Below are positions 9,051 through 18,652 of a stretch of DNA of 64,000 bases, piece by piece (the first letter of the stretch is position 1; each line of letters starts with the position of its first letter). The DNA is from Promethearchaeota archaeon (lineage in GTDB: Archaea; Asgardarchaeota; Lokiarchaeia; Sigyniarchaeales; SOKP01): positions 22,297 to 86,296 of the forward strand of contig JBHLLT010000012.1 of assembly GCA_048938855.1 (NCBI GenBank). Direction: 5' to 3'. A model generated the notes under the pieces. It was not told the origin of the DNA. It ran no database searches and saw nothing but the letters and a program-made list of their open reading frames with translations. A program made the translations under genes and the position numbers.

Positions 9051-10205
9051 TTATATTTTTGGAGCAATAGCAGAATCTGGGTTAACTACTTTTTGAAGCA
9101 TTTTAAATGCTTTTTGAGATGTTGAAAAAGTTTTAGCATTGTATTTTTTTATTATATCCTTGATTTCTTCATCAAAAATTCTTACGAACAACTCAATATG
9201 GGGATAACGTAGATTCAATTTATAAGTAAGATAAATTGCCTCGTCAAATTCTGATTCTCGTTTCCAACAAATAAAAACTTGAGTCACTTCCTCTAAGTTT
9301 ACATGGGCTCGTAAATCACTTAAAAAACGGGCAAACTCATTGTACAAGTGTAATTTTTCATTTTTTACAAATTCAATACCACTATTAACATCATCAAAAA
9401 GATAGACTTCTCGATCTAGTTCTTGAGAAATATGATGCGCTATTCGATGAGTCAAACTATCTCTCCCAATTACAATTGCTTTACCTGCTTTATTTTTTGT
9501 CCATTCGTGAATATTATCCATAGCCCATTTAGACGTTGAGAACGAATATGCTTTTAATGGGGGATTCTTAAGGTATTCTTGTACATGATCTTCAAACGCT
9601 CTAACATAAATAGCACAATCTGGATTAATTTTGCGAATTTTTTCAGTACATATTATTGCGGTTCTTACATCATTAATATTAATAAAAACTTCCTTAGCAT
9701 TTTTAGCATTTGCCCAATTGAGGTTCACTGTCTCAGTGGCATCTCCAATCACTATTGGACGCCCTGCATTAATTAAATCTTCTACTGCTTCTTCGTCATC
9801 CTCAATAAGGCAAAATTGCTTTTTATTTTCAATACAATATTCTAAAATTCTCTCAGATAGATGATGATATCCAATTATTACAGCATGATTTCTTTTATGC
9901 GAAGCGAGAATTCTGCAAGTTACAACAGGATTATACTTTTCTAATAATTCTCCAATGATAAAACCAAAAACAATTACCTCTAATAATATCGGCCAAAGTA
10001 AAGCATATAAATTTGCAAAATCACTTGCATCTGTGGGAGAACGTACAGTTAAAGAATATAAGAAAATGATCCCTATATTTTGACCAGATTCTGTAATAAA
10101 AAAGAATAGAAATCCACAAAACCAAAAAAGAAAGAGAAATATAAAAGCTAACTTGTATTGTTTGAGTTTGAGTCGGAATTCAATGAAAAAGTTTACTAAT
10201 TTCAT
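9051..10205 (-). CDS. Membrane protein with two TrkA-N/RCK domains (K+ channel-like, no GYG filter)
   Basis: N-terminal TM helices, then NHAVIIGY...IVIGDAT Rossmann fold and a second KAIVIGR...FVRIFD domain. Confidence 0.75.
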   Translation of the reverse strand: MKLVNFFIEFRLKLKQYKLAFIFLFLFWFCGFLFFFITESGQNIGIIFLYSLTVRSPTDASDFANLYALLWPILLEVIVFGFIIGELLEKYNPVVTCRILASHKRNHAVIIGYHHLSERILEYCIENKKQFCLIEDDEEAVEDLINAGRPIVIGDATETVNLNWANAKNAKEVFININDVRTAIICTEKIRKINPDCAIYVRAFEDHVQEYLKNPPLKAYSFSTSKWAMDNIHEWTKNKAGKAIVIGRDSLTHRIAHHISQELDREVYLFDDVNSGIEFVKNEKLHLYNEFARFLSDLRAHVNLEEVTQVFICWKRESEFDEAIYLTYKLNLRYPHIELFVRIFDEEIKDIIKKYNAKTFSTSQKAFKMLQKVVNPDSAIAPKI

Positions 10206-10257
10206 AACTTAAGATAAAACAATCTTGTATAAAAAAGATTTGATCTATTATTATAGT

Positions 10258-12102
10258 CTAACGAGAGTTATCAGTTTCTACAGTTACTTCTCCGTCAATT
10301 TCAAGTAATTTTGAGCCACATACCTCGCAATAAGCTGGTGTTCCCCCCATTATTTTTCTAACAAGTTCTACTGGCAAGTTTCCTTGACATTCAGGGCAAT
10401 TTTGCGGATTAATTGAATTTTCAAATTCAGACATAATAGAGGGAGTCATATCCTCATCCTCAGCAAAGATATCCACTTTTAAAACAGTTAATTGCTCATC
10501 TTTATTGCCAGTTAGAGTCAATAATAACCCTACAGAATGTTTACTAAAAGTCCCTTCGGCATAACCTTTGATGAATCCATGGAAGTTTCCCTCTGATACT
10601 TGTTTTTTAGTATCTATGATTGCAAAATTCTTCCTTTTTAAAAGTATAGATAACCTCTGATATAATTGATCAGCATTGTATGGAATTGTAAATTCTTGCC
10701 CAATTTTTTTGAATGTAAGAAGATCTTTGGTGAGATTTTCAAAATCTTCATTTGACACTTTTTTTGGCCTTAATAGCCCACATATCATTCTAATCTCGTG
10801 TGGTTCTACATTGATGGTATCGATCTGATCTTTTTCATTAATAAAATTAACTACAGCATGAACAGTTCCCTTTATACAATCTTTTTTTGGCTTAAATACA
10901 AAAGTGGGACTTACAAATCCTCCACCTTTTGAAATTTTATGAAATTTTGCACTGTCAGGGGAAAATTGTGGATGTCCATCTACACGTGATAAAATCAGAC
11001 TTTCCTCTGGATATGAAAGTATATTTATATTGATATTAGTGATATTAAATTTTCTGTTATTAATAACCTTGATTTTAAAGAAGTATTCACCTCCCTCAAT
11101 CTGCCCGCCCCTAAGAACACGAATATCTTGGGATTTCATTTCTGGTTTAATGTGAAGTATTTTTGAATCTGAACTAATCTCCACTTGAGTTTTATTTGAA
11201 GTTTCAATAATTCTTTCTGTTTTGAGAGTTTGGGGTTCTGGTTTTGGAGTTACTTTACTTGGCATTTCAATGATATCTCCTTTATCACCTTTAACTAATT
11301 TGAAAAGAGTGATTTTATTTTTAGAAGCGGCAACTAAAAACATATTGTTTTCTTGTTCTGTAGAGATAGTGTATGCATCAAGACATTGTGTTTTTATCCC
11401 AATTTTATGGTTACCAATAACTTCTTTATTTAAATTAATAGCATTTAGGAAACCGTTTTTATCTCCCACAATTAAAATTGGTTGGTTATAAATGTTACAA
11501 AAAGTTAAGCATGTAGGTTGATACTCTAATTCAAAAACTAATTCTGAATCTATATCGTTTATTACATTAAGAATTTTCCCTGATTTAAGTAATATAAAGA
11601 TTTTTTTTGTTATCTTATCAGAAAAATAGCCAATAGTGCAATCCATAATGGGTTCTGGGGCTTTAAATTCGAGAAATTTTTCTCCTTCATTATCCAGTCC
11701 AATTAATCGTTGATTTTCTAAACCAACTATTATTTCATCTCTAATATCATCTTTTAAATCCCCAGTTTCCATACAAATTACTGGAGAATTTAAGTTTGTC
11801 GACCAAATTGGATTTCCATTATTATCCATTACATAGATACTCCCATCTAATGAACCTGAGATTAATTCAATATTATTTTGTCTGCTAACAGATGCTATTT
11901 TAAAACTTGTTATGGTCGAGGAAAATTCCGTAATAAAAACTTCATTTCCTTCAAGATCAAAAGCTTTTATTTCTGCACTAAATGAACAACCAATTATTTC
12001 AGGTTCTTGATCGCCTAAAAGATTTGCAATTATACAGGAATAGACATTTTTTTGAAATTGACGAACCCAAAGTGGTTGTAGTTTAATATATTGCAGTGTC
12101 AT
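10258..12102 (-). CDS. Beta-propeller plus adaptin-ear (GAE)-like Ig domain, platform domain and Zn ribbon protein
   Basis: FG-GAP/WD-like blades (ANLLGDQEPEIIG, ELISGSLDGSIY, GDLKDDIRDEIIVG), linker, beta sandwich, LRPKKVSNEDF platform entry, CPEC...CEVCG. Confidence 0.6.
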   Translation of the reverse strand: MTLQYIKLQPLWVRQFQKNVYSCIIANLLGDQEPEIIGCSFSAEIKAFDLEGNEVFITEFSSTITSFKIASVSRQNNIELISGSLDGSIYVMDNNGNPIWSTNLNSPVICMETGDLKDDIRDEIIVGLENQRLIGLDNEGEKFLEFKAPEPIMDCTIGYFSDKITKKIFILLKSGKILNVINDIDSELVFELEYQPTCLTFCNIYNQPILIVGDKNGFLNAINLNKEVIGNHKIGIKTQCLDAYTISTEQENNMFLVAASKNKITLFKLVKGDKGDIIEMPSKVTPKPEPQTLKTERIIETSNKTQVEISSDSKILHIKPEMKSQDIRVLRGGQIEGGEYFFKIKVINNRKFNITNININILSYPEESLILSRVDGHPQFSPDSAKFHKISKGGGFVSPTFVFKPKKDCIKGTVHAVVNFINEKDQIDTINVEPHEIRMICGLLRPKKVSNEDFENLTKDLLTFKKIGQEFTIPYNADQLYQRLSILLKRKNFAIIDTKKQVSEGNFHGFIKGYAEGTFSKHSVGLLLTLTGNKDEQLTVLKVDIFAEDEDMTPSIMSEFENSINPQNCPECQGNLPVELVRKIMGGTPAYCEVCGSKLLEIDGEVTVETDNSR

Positions 12103-12253
12103 GTCAGATCTTAATTTGAAAAATTCGATTTAATTTCAATATTATATAAATTGATTTTATCATAAAAATAAATCTCATAGATTAAATTACTATCCTATTA
12201 CATCAATAATAAAAAAAAGAGAATTTAGAATAATTTTTTCAGTTTTCATATTA

Positions 12254-12715
12254 TTAAGGCTTTTCTTCGGCGTCTTCTTTGACTTTCTTTACTAATTTTT
12301 TAAAAGCTTGCGTTAAATTTCCTAATTCAGGGTCTTGTTCCTCCAATTCTTTATCAAAATCCGTATCTATCTCTTTAAAAGATACAGTTTTAAGATCATG
12401 GGTACATAATTTTAATGCTATGTTTGTTAATTTATGGATCGGATTTACTATTGAATCAGCAAGTTTCAAGCCCACAAAAAGACTTATTACAATAATTTGC
12501 CATAGTGAGATAAATATAATTGCTATTTCTATCTCAAGAGTTTCAGTGATTATTGTCTGATCCTCCGGTGTAGCGCCAACAATATTGGCACCAATAATCT
12601 CATTAAATATTGCAGCTGTAATTGCAATACTCCCTAATGCAATAAAACAAACTACAACGAAGCTCAGAAGAATTTCTTGCCTAATTCCGAATTTTCTTTT
12701 TTTTTGTTGAGCCAT
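12254..12715 (-). CDS. Stand-alone 2TM-HAMP protein
   Basis: Two TM helices, then IVNPIHKLTNIALKL...ELGNLTQAFKKL HAMP; no output domain. Confidence 0.8.
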   Translation of the reverse strand: MAQQKKRKFGIRQEILLSFVVVCFIALGSIAITAAIFNEIIGANIVGATPEDQTIITETLEIEIAIIFISLWQIIVISLFVGLKLADSIVNPIHKLTNIALKLCTHDLKTVSFKEIDTDFDKELEEQDPELGNLTQAFKKLVKKVKEDAEEKP

Positions 12716-12717
12716 CT

Positions 12718-14442
12718 TTATCCCTCCTCCGGTACAAAACCTTCAATTTCTGATGAAGCCATAATTTCCTTCACTTTTGTAAAAGCTTCTGCAATTCGTT
12801 TTGAAACATTTTTTATAGAATAGATAGTAATATATTTACCATGTGGAGTTGCAGCAACCATTTGTGTCATTGTTCGATGAACTTTTTTTAGTTCTGGTCC
12901 AACACCAATTAATATAAAATTGATGGGAGGTTCTATTTTTTCGATGTATTTTGCAACTTTGCGAGAATTATACTTTGTACTTTTATTATCTTCACCATCA
13001 GTAAGAGTTACAACCCATCTCTGACGTTCTTGAGATTCTTGCTCTGAGCGAGGTGATTTTTCCAATAAAATATCTATCGCATTGCCTATCGCATCATATA
13101 AACAAGTCTGATAAGGACTAGCCTCCATCGTTTTAAATATATTTGTAATTTGCGAAACATTGCCTTTTTTCTCTGTCAAATCAAGAAGTATATTTATCAT
13201 AGAATTAAAACCAAGGATTGCAATTCGATCTCCAATATTTATTGTTTCATTAAAAACTCCCAAAGCTCCTGTTCGAGCCGCTCCCATTTTATCAAATTGA
13301 GTCATGCTTCCAGATTGATCAATTACAAAAACTACATCTTTTTTACGTACTAGTATTTCGTCTACTTTGGAAAGTTCAAGCTCTGCTTTATGGTATAGAG
13401 TTGTATTATCTTGACTTTCATATAATTGTACCATTGCTTCAAGGATATTTTTCATTAAAGGATAATTTCCAAGGTTTTCTGCTAATTTCAAAGCATTTTT
13501 TAAATGATCTTCTGCAATCTCAGGATTATTTTTTAACAAAGTTAGTCTCCCTAATTGAAACTCATCTTCTGCTAAACCTGAATTATTTTCCCATTTACTA
13601 TCAAGTTTAAATGCCTCATCAAGTTGTTCTTGAGCAAGATTTAATTCATTTTTTAACATATATAATACTCCTATATTTCTATTTCTTGAAGCAATTCCCA
13701 CTTCATCTCCCAACTCATTATCTATTTCAAGAGCTTTGTTAAAATCCTCCATTGCTTCTTGCCATTGTTCTTCTGAAAGAAAAAGAAGAGCACGATTATT
13801 ATACCTAGAACTTAATGATCCAATATCTTCCTGTTCTTCACCAATTTTAATTGACTTATTATAACTTTCCTTTGCTTTATCATAATCTCCCCAATTGCGA
13901 TAAATGTTTCCAAGGTTATTTAAACACATTCCCTCCCCATGAAGATTTTTTGTTGTTTGAAATAACTCTAATGCAGCATTATAATTTCTGAATGCAAGGG
14001 TCATATTACCTTGATAATAACTTTTGTTTCCCAAACGCATTGTAACCAATAAACTCTGAAAAGATTGAGCAAGTACACCGATTTCATTTCTTCTCATTCT
14101 TCCACTCATAGGAATTTCTTGAGTGAGATCTCCTTGAGATATTTGTTCTATTGAATTTGTTAAATCAATAATAGGAGATGTAATTCTTCGAGAGATGCCA
14201 TTTACAGCAAAAAAAATCACAATAGTGGTAATTATAGCAACAATAATAATTGTAATGATCAACGGGCTTTTTAATGTTTCAAGTGAGGTATACCCTAATC
14301 CAATAAAATAGTCAATATTTGTTAATAATTGAAATGCTAAGAAAACTGTTAAAAGCATGAATGGAATTAAGATGCATGCAATCATAATTATAAAGAGCCT
14401 TTGTCGCAATGACCTTTTTTTTCTTATTTCTCTAACTTCCAT
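12718..14442 (-). CDS. 2TM-HAMP-TPR-vWA receptor-like protein
   Basis: HAMP (ITSPIIDLT..QGDL..NEIGVLAQSF), about 5-6 TPRs (CLNNLGNIY, YNNRAL, NRNIGVLY), vWA MIDAS DQSGS / T.LYDAI / TLTDGEDN. Confidence 0.88.
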   Translation of the reverse strand: MEVREIRKKRSLRQRLFIIMIACILIPFMLLTVFLAFQLLTNIDYFIGLGYTSLETLKSPLIITIIIVAIITTIVIFFAVNGISRRITSPIIDLTNSIEQISQGDLTQEIPMSGRMRRNEIGVLAQSFQSLLVTMRLGNKSYYQGNMTLAFRNYNAALELFQTTKNLHGEGMCLNNLGNIYRNWGDYDKAKESYNKSIKIGEEQEDIGSLSSRYNNRALLFLSEEQWQEAMEDFNKALEIDNELGDEVGIASRNRNIGVLYMLKNELNLAQEQLDEAFKLDSKWENNSGLAEDEFQLGRLTLLKNNPEIAEDHLKNALKLAENLGNYPLMKNILEAMVQLYESQDNTTLYHKAELELSKVDEILVRKKDVVFVIDQSGSMTQFDKMGAARTGALGVFNETINIGDRIAILGFNSMINILLDLTEKKGNVSQITNIFKTMEASPYQTCLYDAIGNAIDILLEKSPRSEQESQERQRWVVTLTDGEDNKSTKYNSRKVAKYIEKIEPPINFILIGVGPELKKVHRTMTQMVAATPHGKYITIYSIKNVSKRIAEAFTKVKEIMASSEIEGFVPEEG

Positions 14443-14475
14443 TTTCTTCTTTCCCTCTTATTTTTCTTATAAAAA

Positions 14476-15195
14476 TCAAATTCCTTTATCAATACCTTCA
14501 TATATCAGAAATATTGATGTAAAAATAGAAGCTTTAACTATAGCTAAACCAATCAGTGGGAGATTAGAAACACCTGCATCAATAATTCCGAAAAGAGAGA
14601 CAAACATTACTCCAATACCCATTGAATATCTCCTCCATTTCACACTTTTGTTCTCTAAAGTTATTCCTGAATGAAGAATAGCAGGTCCCAGAATTACCAT
14701 CATAATTACCAACACCACCCCTAATAATGCTAATGCTGCCCCTTTAATTCCTGTTGACGGCAAACCTCCGGGTGATGCTTCCCAAGAAGTAAAAGCTGAT
14801 GGATTGGAATAAATCAAAACAGCGAAAATTAAACTCAATATTGCTACTATACTCGTAATTGGGATTTTATAACGACCGCTTTTAAATAAATCTGAGGCAA
14901 TATATGCCCAAATTGTTCCACCCAAAGCAGGCCCCCAAGCATATCCTAAAACCGCTATATTCGGACCTAATGGGGGAAATCCGAATACCATAAGTAAAAA
15001 ACTTGCAGAGACCCCAAACCATGCATGAAAAACTGATAATAAACCAATTCCACTTAATATTAATCTTTTTTTAACTTTTATATCAGTTGCTTTTCTAGCA
15101 TATTTAAAAATTAGGATAAAAGCTAAAATATAACCAGCAACAGTAATTTCTAGACCTGTAAGTCCATTTATTATATCAATATTTGGAAGAGCCAT
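14476..15195 (-). CDS. 7TM membrane protein (HisKA_7TM-like sensor, no cytoplasmic output domain)
   Basis: Seven hydrophobic segments in 239 aa. Confidence 0.65.
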   Translation of the reverse strand: MALPNIDIINGLTGLEITVAGYILAFILIFKYARKATDIKVKKRLILSGIGLLSVFHAWFGVSASFLLMVFGFPPLGPNIAVLGYAWGPALGGTIWAYIASDLFKSGRYKIPITSIVAILSLIFAVLIYSNPSAFTSWEASPGGLPSTGIKGAALALLGVVLVIMMVILGPAILHSGITLENKSVKWRRYSMGIGVMFVSLFGIIDAGVSNLPLIGLAIVKASIFTSIFLIYEGIDKGI

Positions 15196-15305
15196 TTATG
15201 TTAACACCCCTTATTTACATGAACATCTATAATTAAAATTTTTTTATTAATAATTTTTTTAAACTGCAACCTATATTTTGAAGAATTATTATATAAATTT
15301 GGTAC

Positions 15306-15530
15306 ATAGGTATTAGTGGCAAAGCAGAATATTTTGGTGGCAAAGTTCCCACAATTATGGCTAATTCTCCATTTTGGATGCAGAAAGTACTTAGAGATTA
15401 TCATCATAAAAAAAAAAATTTTGATCTAAGTGACAGTTTACATATTATTAATGGAGGTGGTGGCTGGGATGGCACTTAAAGTCGTATTAAGTTGGGACAT
15501 CATGTAAATAAGTCAGATTTTGCTGAACAT
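15306..15530 (+). pseudogene. Decayed internal fragment of the luxE-like gene (copy of about 19186-19432)
   Basis: Clear nucleotide similarity (ttcccacaattatggctaattctcca, ttttgatctaagtga, ttaagttgggacatcatgtaaataag) with indels and stops. Confidence 0.85.
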
Positions 15531-15828
15531 TTGAGCCAAATCGTATTCTGGTTCAGTGATAAGAAAGAAAATGAAGCTAATAAACCAAAATAGAAAGAAA
15601 AAAGTAAACTGTAGCATATATTAATTGAGTTTAAGATAGATTCTGATAAATAAATTTAGGAGATTCATACATAAATAAAACACATCAATATAAAAAGATA
15701 TAATCAGATAAACTTTTCTAAAATAATTATTATGGAACTCTTTATTCATTAATTGTAATACATTTCCCATGCTCAAATCGAGATATAAAAATAAAGATTT
15801 GAATAAAACAAAAATATAAATTCATATA

Positions 15829-16773
15829 ATGGTATTTTTTGAAGAAAACAGATCGGCTGATATTTCTAAAGATGAAATAGTCGAATCATTGTATTGCTTT
15901 TTCCCTGATATACAAGAAACTGATATTAGATTTTTTTATCATGGAACTTATAATGTTTATGAGGTGAAGAATCAATATATCTTTCGTATTCCAGATAAAC
16001 ACTTCAGAAACATTAAAGGGATCAGACTTATTCAAAATGAGATTAAAATGCTAGATCATATCCAAAAATATGTATCCGTACCCATCCCGGAGCCAATATA
16101 TATCTCGTTAGACCCAGATTGCCCAATTATGGGATATGAGAAAATTGAAGGAGTTCCCTTATCAAGATGTTTTTATAAAGTATCTCAAAATCAAAAGTTA
16201 AGAATAGCAAGAGAAATAGGTGAATTCCTCTCTGAACTCCACTCGGATGACCTCTATCAATCAGCTGTAAAAAATCAAATAGTTGACGATATTTTTTCTT
16301 GTGACAAATATAAATCTGAATGGGAAGACTATTTTGAAAGAGCTCAAAAGAAAATTTTTCAAATGTTAACTCCAAATCAAAAAGATTGGATAAATAATCT
16401 TTTTAATACTTTTTTAAATAAGGATGTTAATTTTAATTTTAGATATTCAATAATTCATGGCGATTTTGATATAACAAATATTGTTGTGGATCCTCATAAT
16501 CTTAAAATTAATGGAATAGTTGACTTTGAAGAATCACGGATTTATGATCCTGCTGCTGATTTTCTGTTTTTTGATGAAGGAGATATATTCCTCAGTAATA
16601 TTTTTTTATCTTATAAGAGAAAAATTGATTCACAGTTCCAAGAACGTATGAAATTTCTGTATGGATGGTCTTGTTTAGCGTATATTGAATTTGGTATGGA
16701 AAATAACCTTCCTGATATGATAGAAGCAGGGATTAAATTGCTTAAAAATAAAATGAATAGATTTCCTTCTTAG
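15829..16773 (+). CDS. Aminoglycoside phosphotransferase (APH)/choline kinase family protein
   Basis: YIFRIP, Brenner motif IHGDFDITNI, IVDFEE, DPAADF. Confidence 0.85.
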   Translation: MVFFEENRSADISKDEIVESLYCFFPDIQETDIRFFYHGTYNVYEVKNQYIFRIPDKHFRNIKGIRLIQNEIKMLDHIQKYVSVPIPEPIYISLDPDCPIMGYEKIEGVPLSRCFYKVSQNQKLRIAREIGEFLSELHSDDLYQSAVKNQIVDDIFSCDKYKSEWEDYFERAQKKIFQMLTPNQKDWINNLFNTFLNKDVNFNFRYSIIHGDFDITNIVVDPHNLKINGIVDFEESRIYDPAADFLFFDEGDIFLSNIFLSYKRKIDSQFQERMKFLYGWSCLAYIEFGMENNLPDMIEAGIKLLKNKMNRFPS

Positions 16774-16787
16774 AATTCAATTTAATT

Positions 16788-17420
16788 TCAAGGTCTCTTT
16801 TTTCTAACAATATAATCAATGTAGCTATCTCTCATTACACGATCTTCCAGTTGTTTATGGAGGATTCTCTTTTCTTTAAATAATATTTCGATCTCTAAAT
16901 TATCAAAAAATCCGTCAGATTCTTCATCAGTAAAAAATGTATGAAGAATTTCCCCTTCCCCTTCAAGTTGTAAATATTCTCCAGAATTTTGTTCTTTACC
17001 TACGCCATAAAACTCTGAATGTATTGAGAGAAAATTAACAAAACAGAGACCTCCCGGTTTTAAAACTCTGATCATCTCGCCTAGAGCTTTCTTAATATCA
17101 ATTTTTTTCATATGAAATATTGTATTCCAAGAGTATACGTATCCAAAATAATTAGATTCAAATGGCATTGACCGCATATCACCTACCTGCATTGGTAAAT
17201 TTAATTTTTGCTTTTTAGCATAATCTTGTGCTTTTTCTAGTCTCTCTTCTGAAAATTCAATGCCAATAGAATCAAATCCCAATTGAACAAAAAGTGCCTG
17301 TTTAGGATTAGGACCACCTGAACCACAATCGAGCATTGGGCCATGTATGTCAGATTTTGAAATATATGAAAGAAAATTGTAAAATGGAGCAGGATATAAT
17401 AACTCTTTTGCTATTTTCAT
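16788..17420 (-). CDS. Class I SAM-dependent methyltransferase
   Basis: LDCGSGG, GDMRSMPF, RVLKPGG. Confidence 0.9.
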   Translation of the reverse strand: MKIAKELLYPAPFYNFLSYISKSDIHGPMLDCGSGGPNPKQALFVQLGFDSIGIEFSEERLEKAQDYAKKQKLNLPMQVGDMRSMPFESNYFGYVYSWNTIFHMKKIDIKKALGEMIRVLKPGGLCFVNFLSIHSEFYGVGKEQNSGEYLQLEGEGEILHTFFTDEESDGFFDNLEIEILFKEKRILHKQLEDRVMRDSYIDYIVRKKRP

Positions 17421-17468
17421 AACCCTATAAAACCCTAATCCTTAAAAAAGCCATCCATTTTTACCATT

Positions 17469-18464
17469 TTAATCAAGTTTTTCAAATACGATGAGATCTC
17501 CATTATAATCTGGAATAAACAATTCTTTATTATAATAATCCATACTGCAAATTTTGGGGAGATTTATTTTAAAAGGATCAGTCTCATCGACAGAATTTCT
17601 TAAAGAAGGAGTATATTCTGTATTACCTAGGATTGTAGATATAATTCTCTTTTTTTTCTTTTTTTCAACCATTCTGACAACATGATTATGAGTGTCACCA
17701 ATAAAAATAACTCCGTCTTCGTCTAGAGCCATCGCCCAAGGTCCATCAAACTGTTCATTTTTATCTGAGCCAAGAGTGGCTTTTTTAGCATCCTTACCAT
17801 CTCCTAGATAACCGGGCTCACCAGTACCAACAATAAGTTCAACGGTTTCCTCGCTAATATCAATCATTCTGACTGTATAATTACCACTGTCTAGAACATA
17901 TACATAATTATCTGGCCCAATTCGAAGGTCGTAAATCCAATTAAATTGGGCATCATTAAAACTTACTGTATCTAATTGAAATCCAGGTTTTCCATCACCT
18001 AAAACATTTTTTTTCTTCCCGTGTGAGTCAAATTGCCATATCTTACATCCTGTGACTTCATTAATCCATACATTACCTTCCTTATCGAATACACAGTTTC
18101 CAATATCATTTGCACCTACTTCTTCCATATCAATGAATAACTCAAATTTTTTCTCGTCTGGAAGTAATTTATATATCCTCTTATTACCTTTACTGGCAAT
18201 AATTAATGTATCATCTGTAGGGGATCTTGAAACAAAAGTAGGTTTTTTTAAATCAAAAAACATATGAGTATTACAAAGATTCGGATTCTTTGAACCTGCA
18301 GTCCAGAGAAATTCATTGTTTTTATTAAATTCTCCAAACCAATGTTGTTCATGTCTCAAGACGTAAAAATTTCCTTTATAATCATGAAATCCAAAATGGG
18401 CATACCCATTATGCCATGTAATATCTTCTGGAAAATTAAAAATATATTTTACTCTCCATTCCAT
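17469..18464 (-). CDS. NHL-repeat beta-propeller protein
   Basis: Repeats YVLDSGNYTVRMID, GTGEPGYLGDG, IFIGDTHNHVVR. Confidence 0.8.
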   Translation of the reverse strand: MEWRVKYIFNFPEDITWHNGYAHFGFHDYKGNFYVLRHEQHWFGEFNKNNEFLWTAGSKNPNLCNTHMFFDLKKPTFVSRSPTDDTLIIASKGNKRIYKLLPDEKKFELFIDMEEVGANDIGNCVFDKEGNVWINEVTGCKIWQFDSHGKKKNVLGDGKPGFQLDTVSFNDAQFNWIYDLRIGPDNYVYVLDSGNYTVRMIDISEETVELIVGTGEPGYLGDGKDAKKATLGSDKNEQFDGPWAMALDEDGVIFIGDTHNHVVRMVEKKKKKRIISTILGNTEYTPSLRNSVDETDPFKINLPKICSMDYYNKELFIPDYNGDLIVFEKLD

Positions 18465-18652
18465 TGAGAATCCTCTAGAAAAATATAATCCTATATTCAA
18501 TTCAATTAATCAAGTAATATAAATAAGTATCACATTTTTTCTCCTAGGACTTTCAAATTTGTCTATAAATGAGAAGAATAAAATATTAAATCCTTTAGTG
18601 TTTAATAATAACTTGAAATTAGAAATTTAACATTTATTGATTGCTCTTACTA

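Noticed and set aside
14476-15195. 7TM protein with a Lys in the last helix (AIVKAS) as a possible new rhodopsin
   Set aside because: There is no DxxxK or SxxxK motif and no RY/RW-x-D/E-W/Y helix-3 signature, so one Lys is not enough
15201-15407. 68-aa minus-strand ORF upstream of the 7TM gene
   Set aside because: It is largely the antisense shadow of the decayed luxE-like fragment
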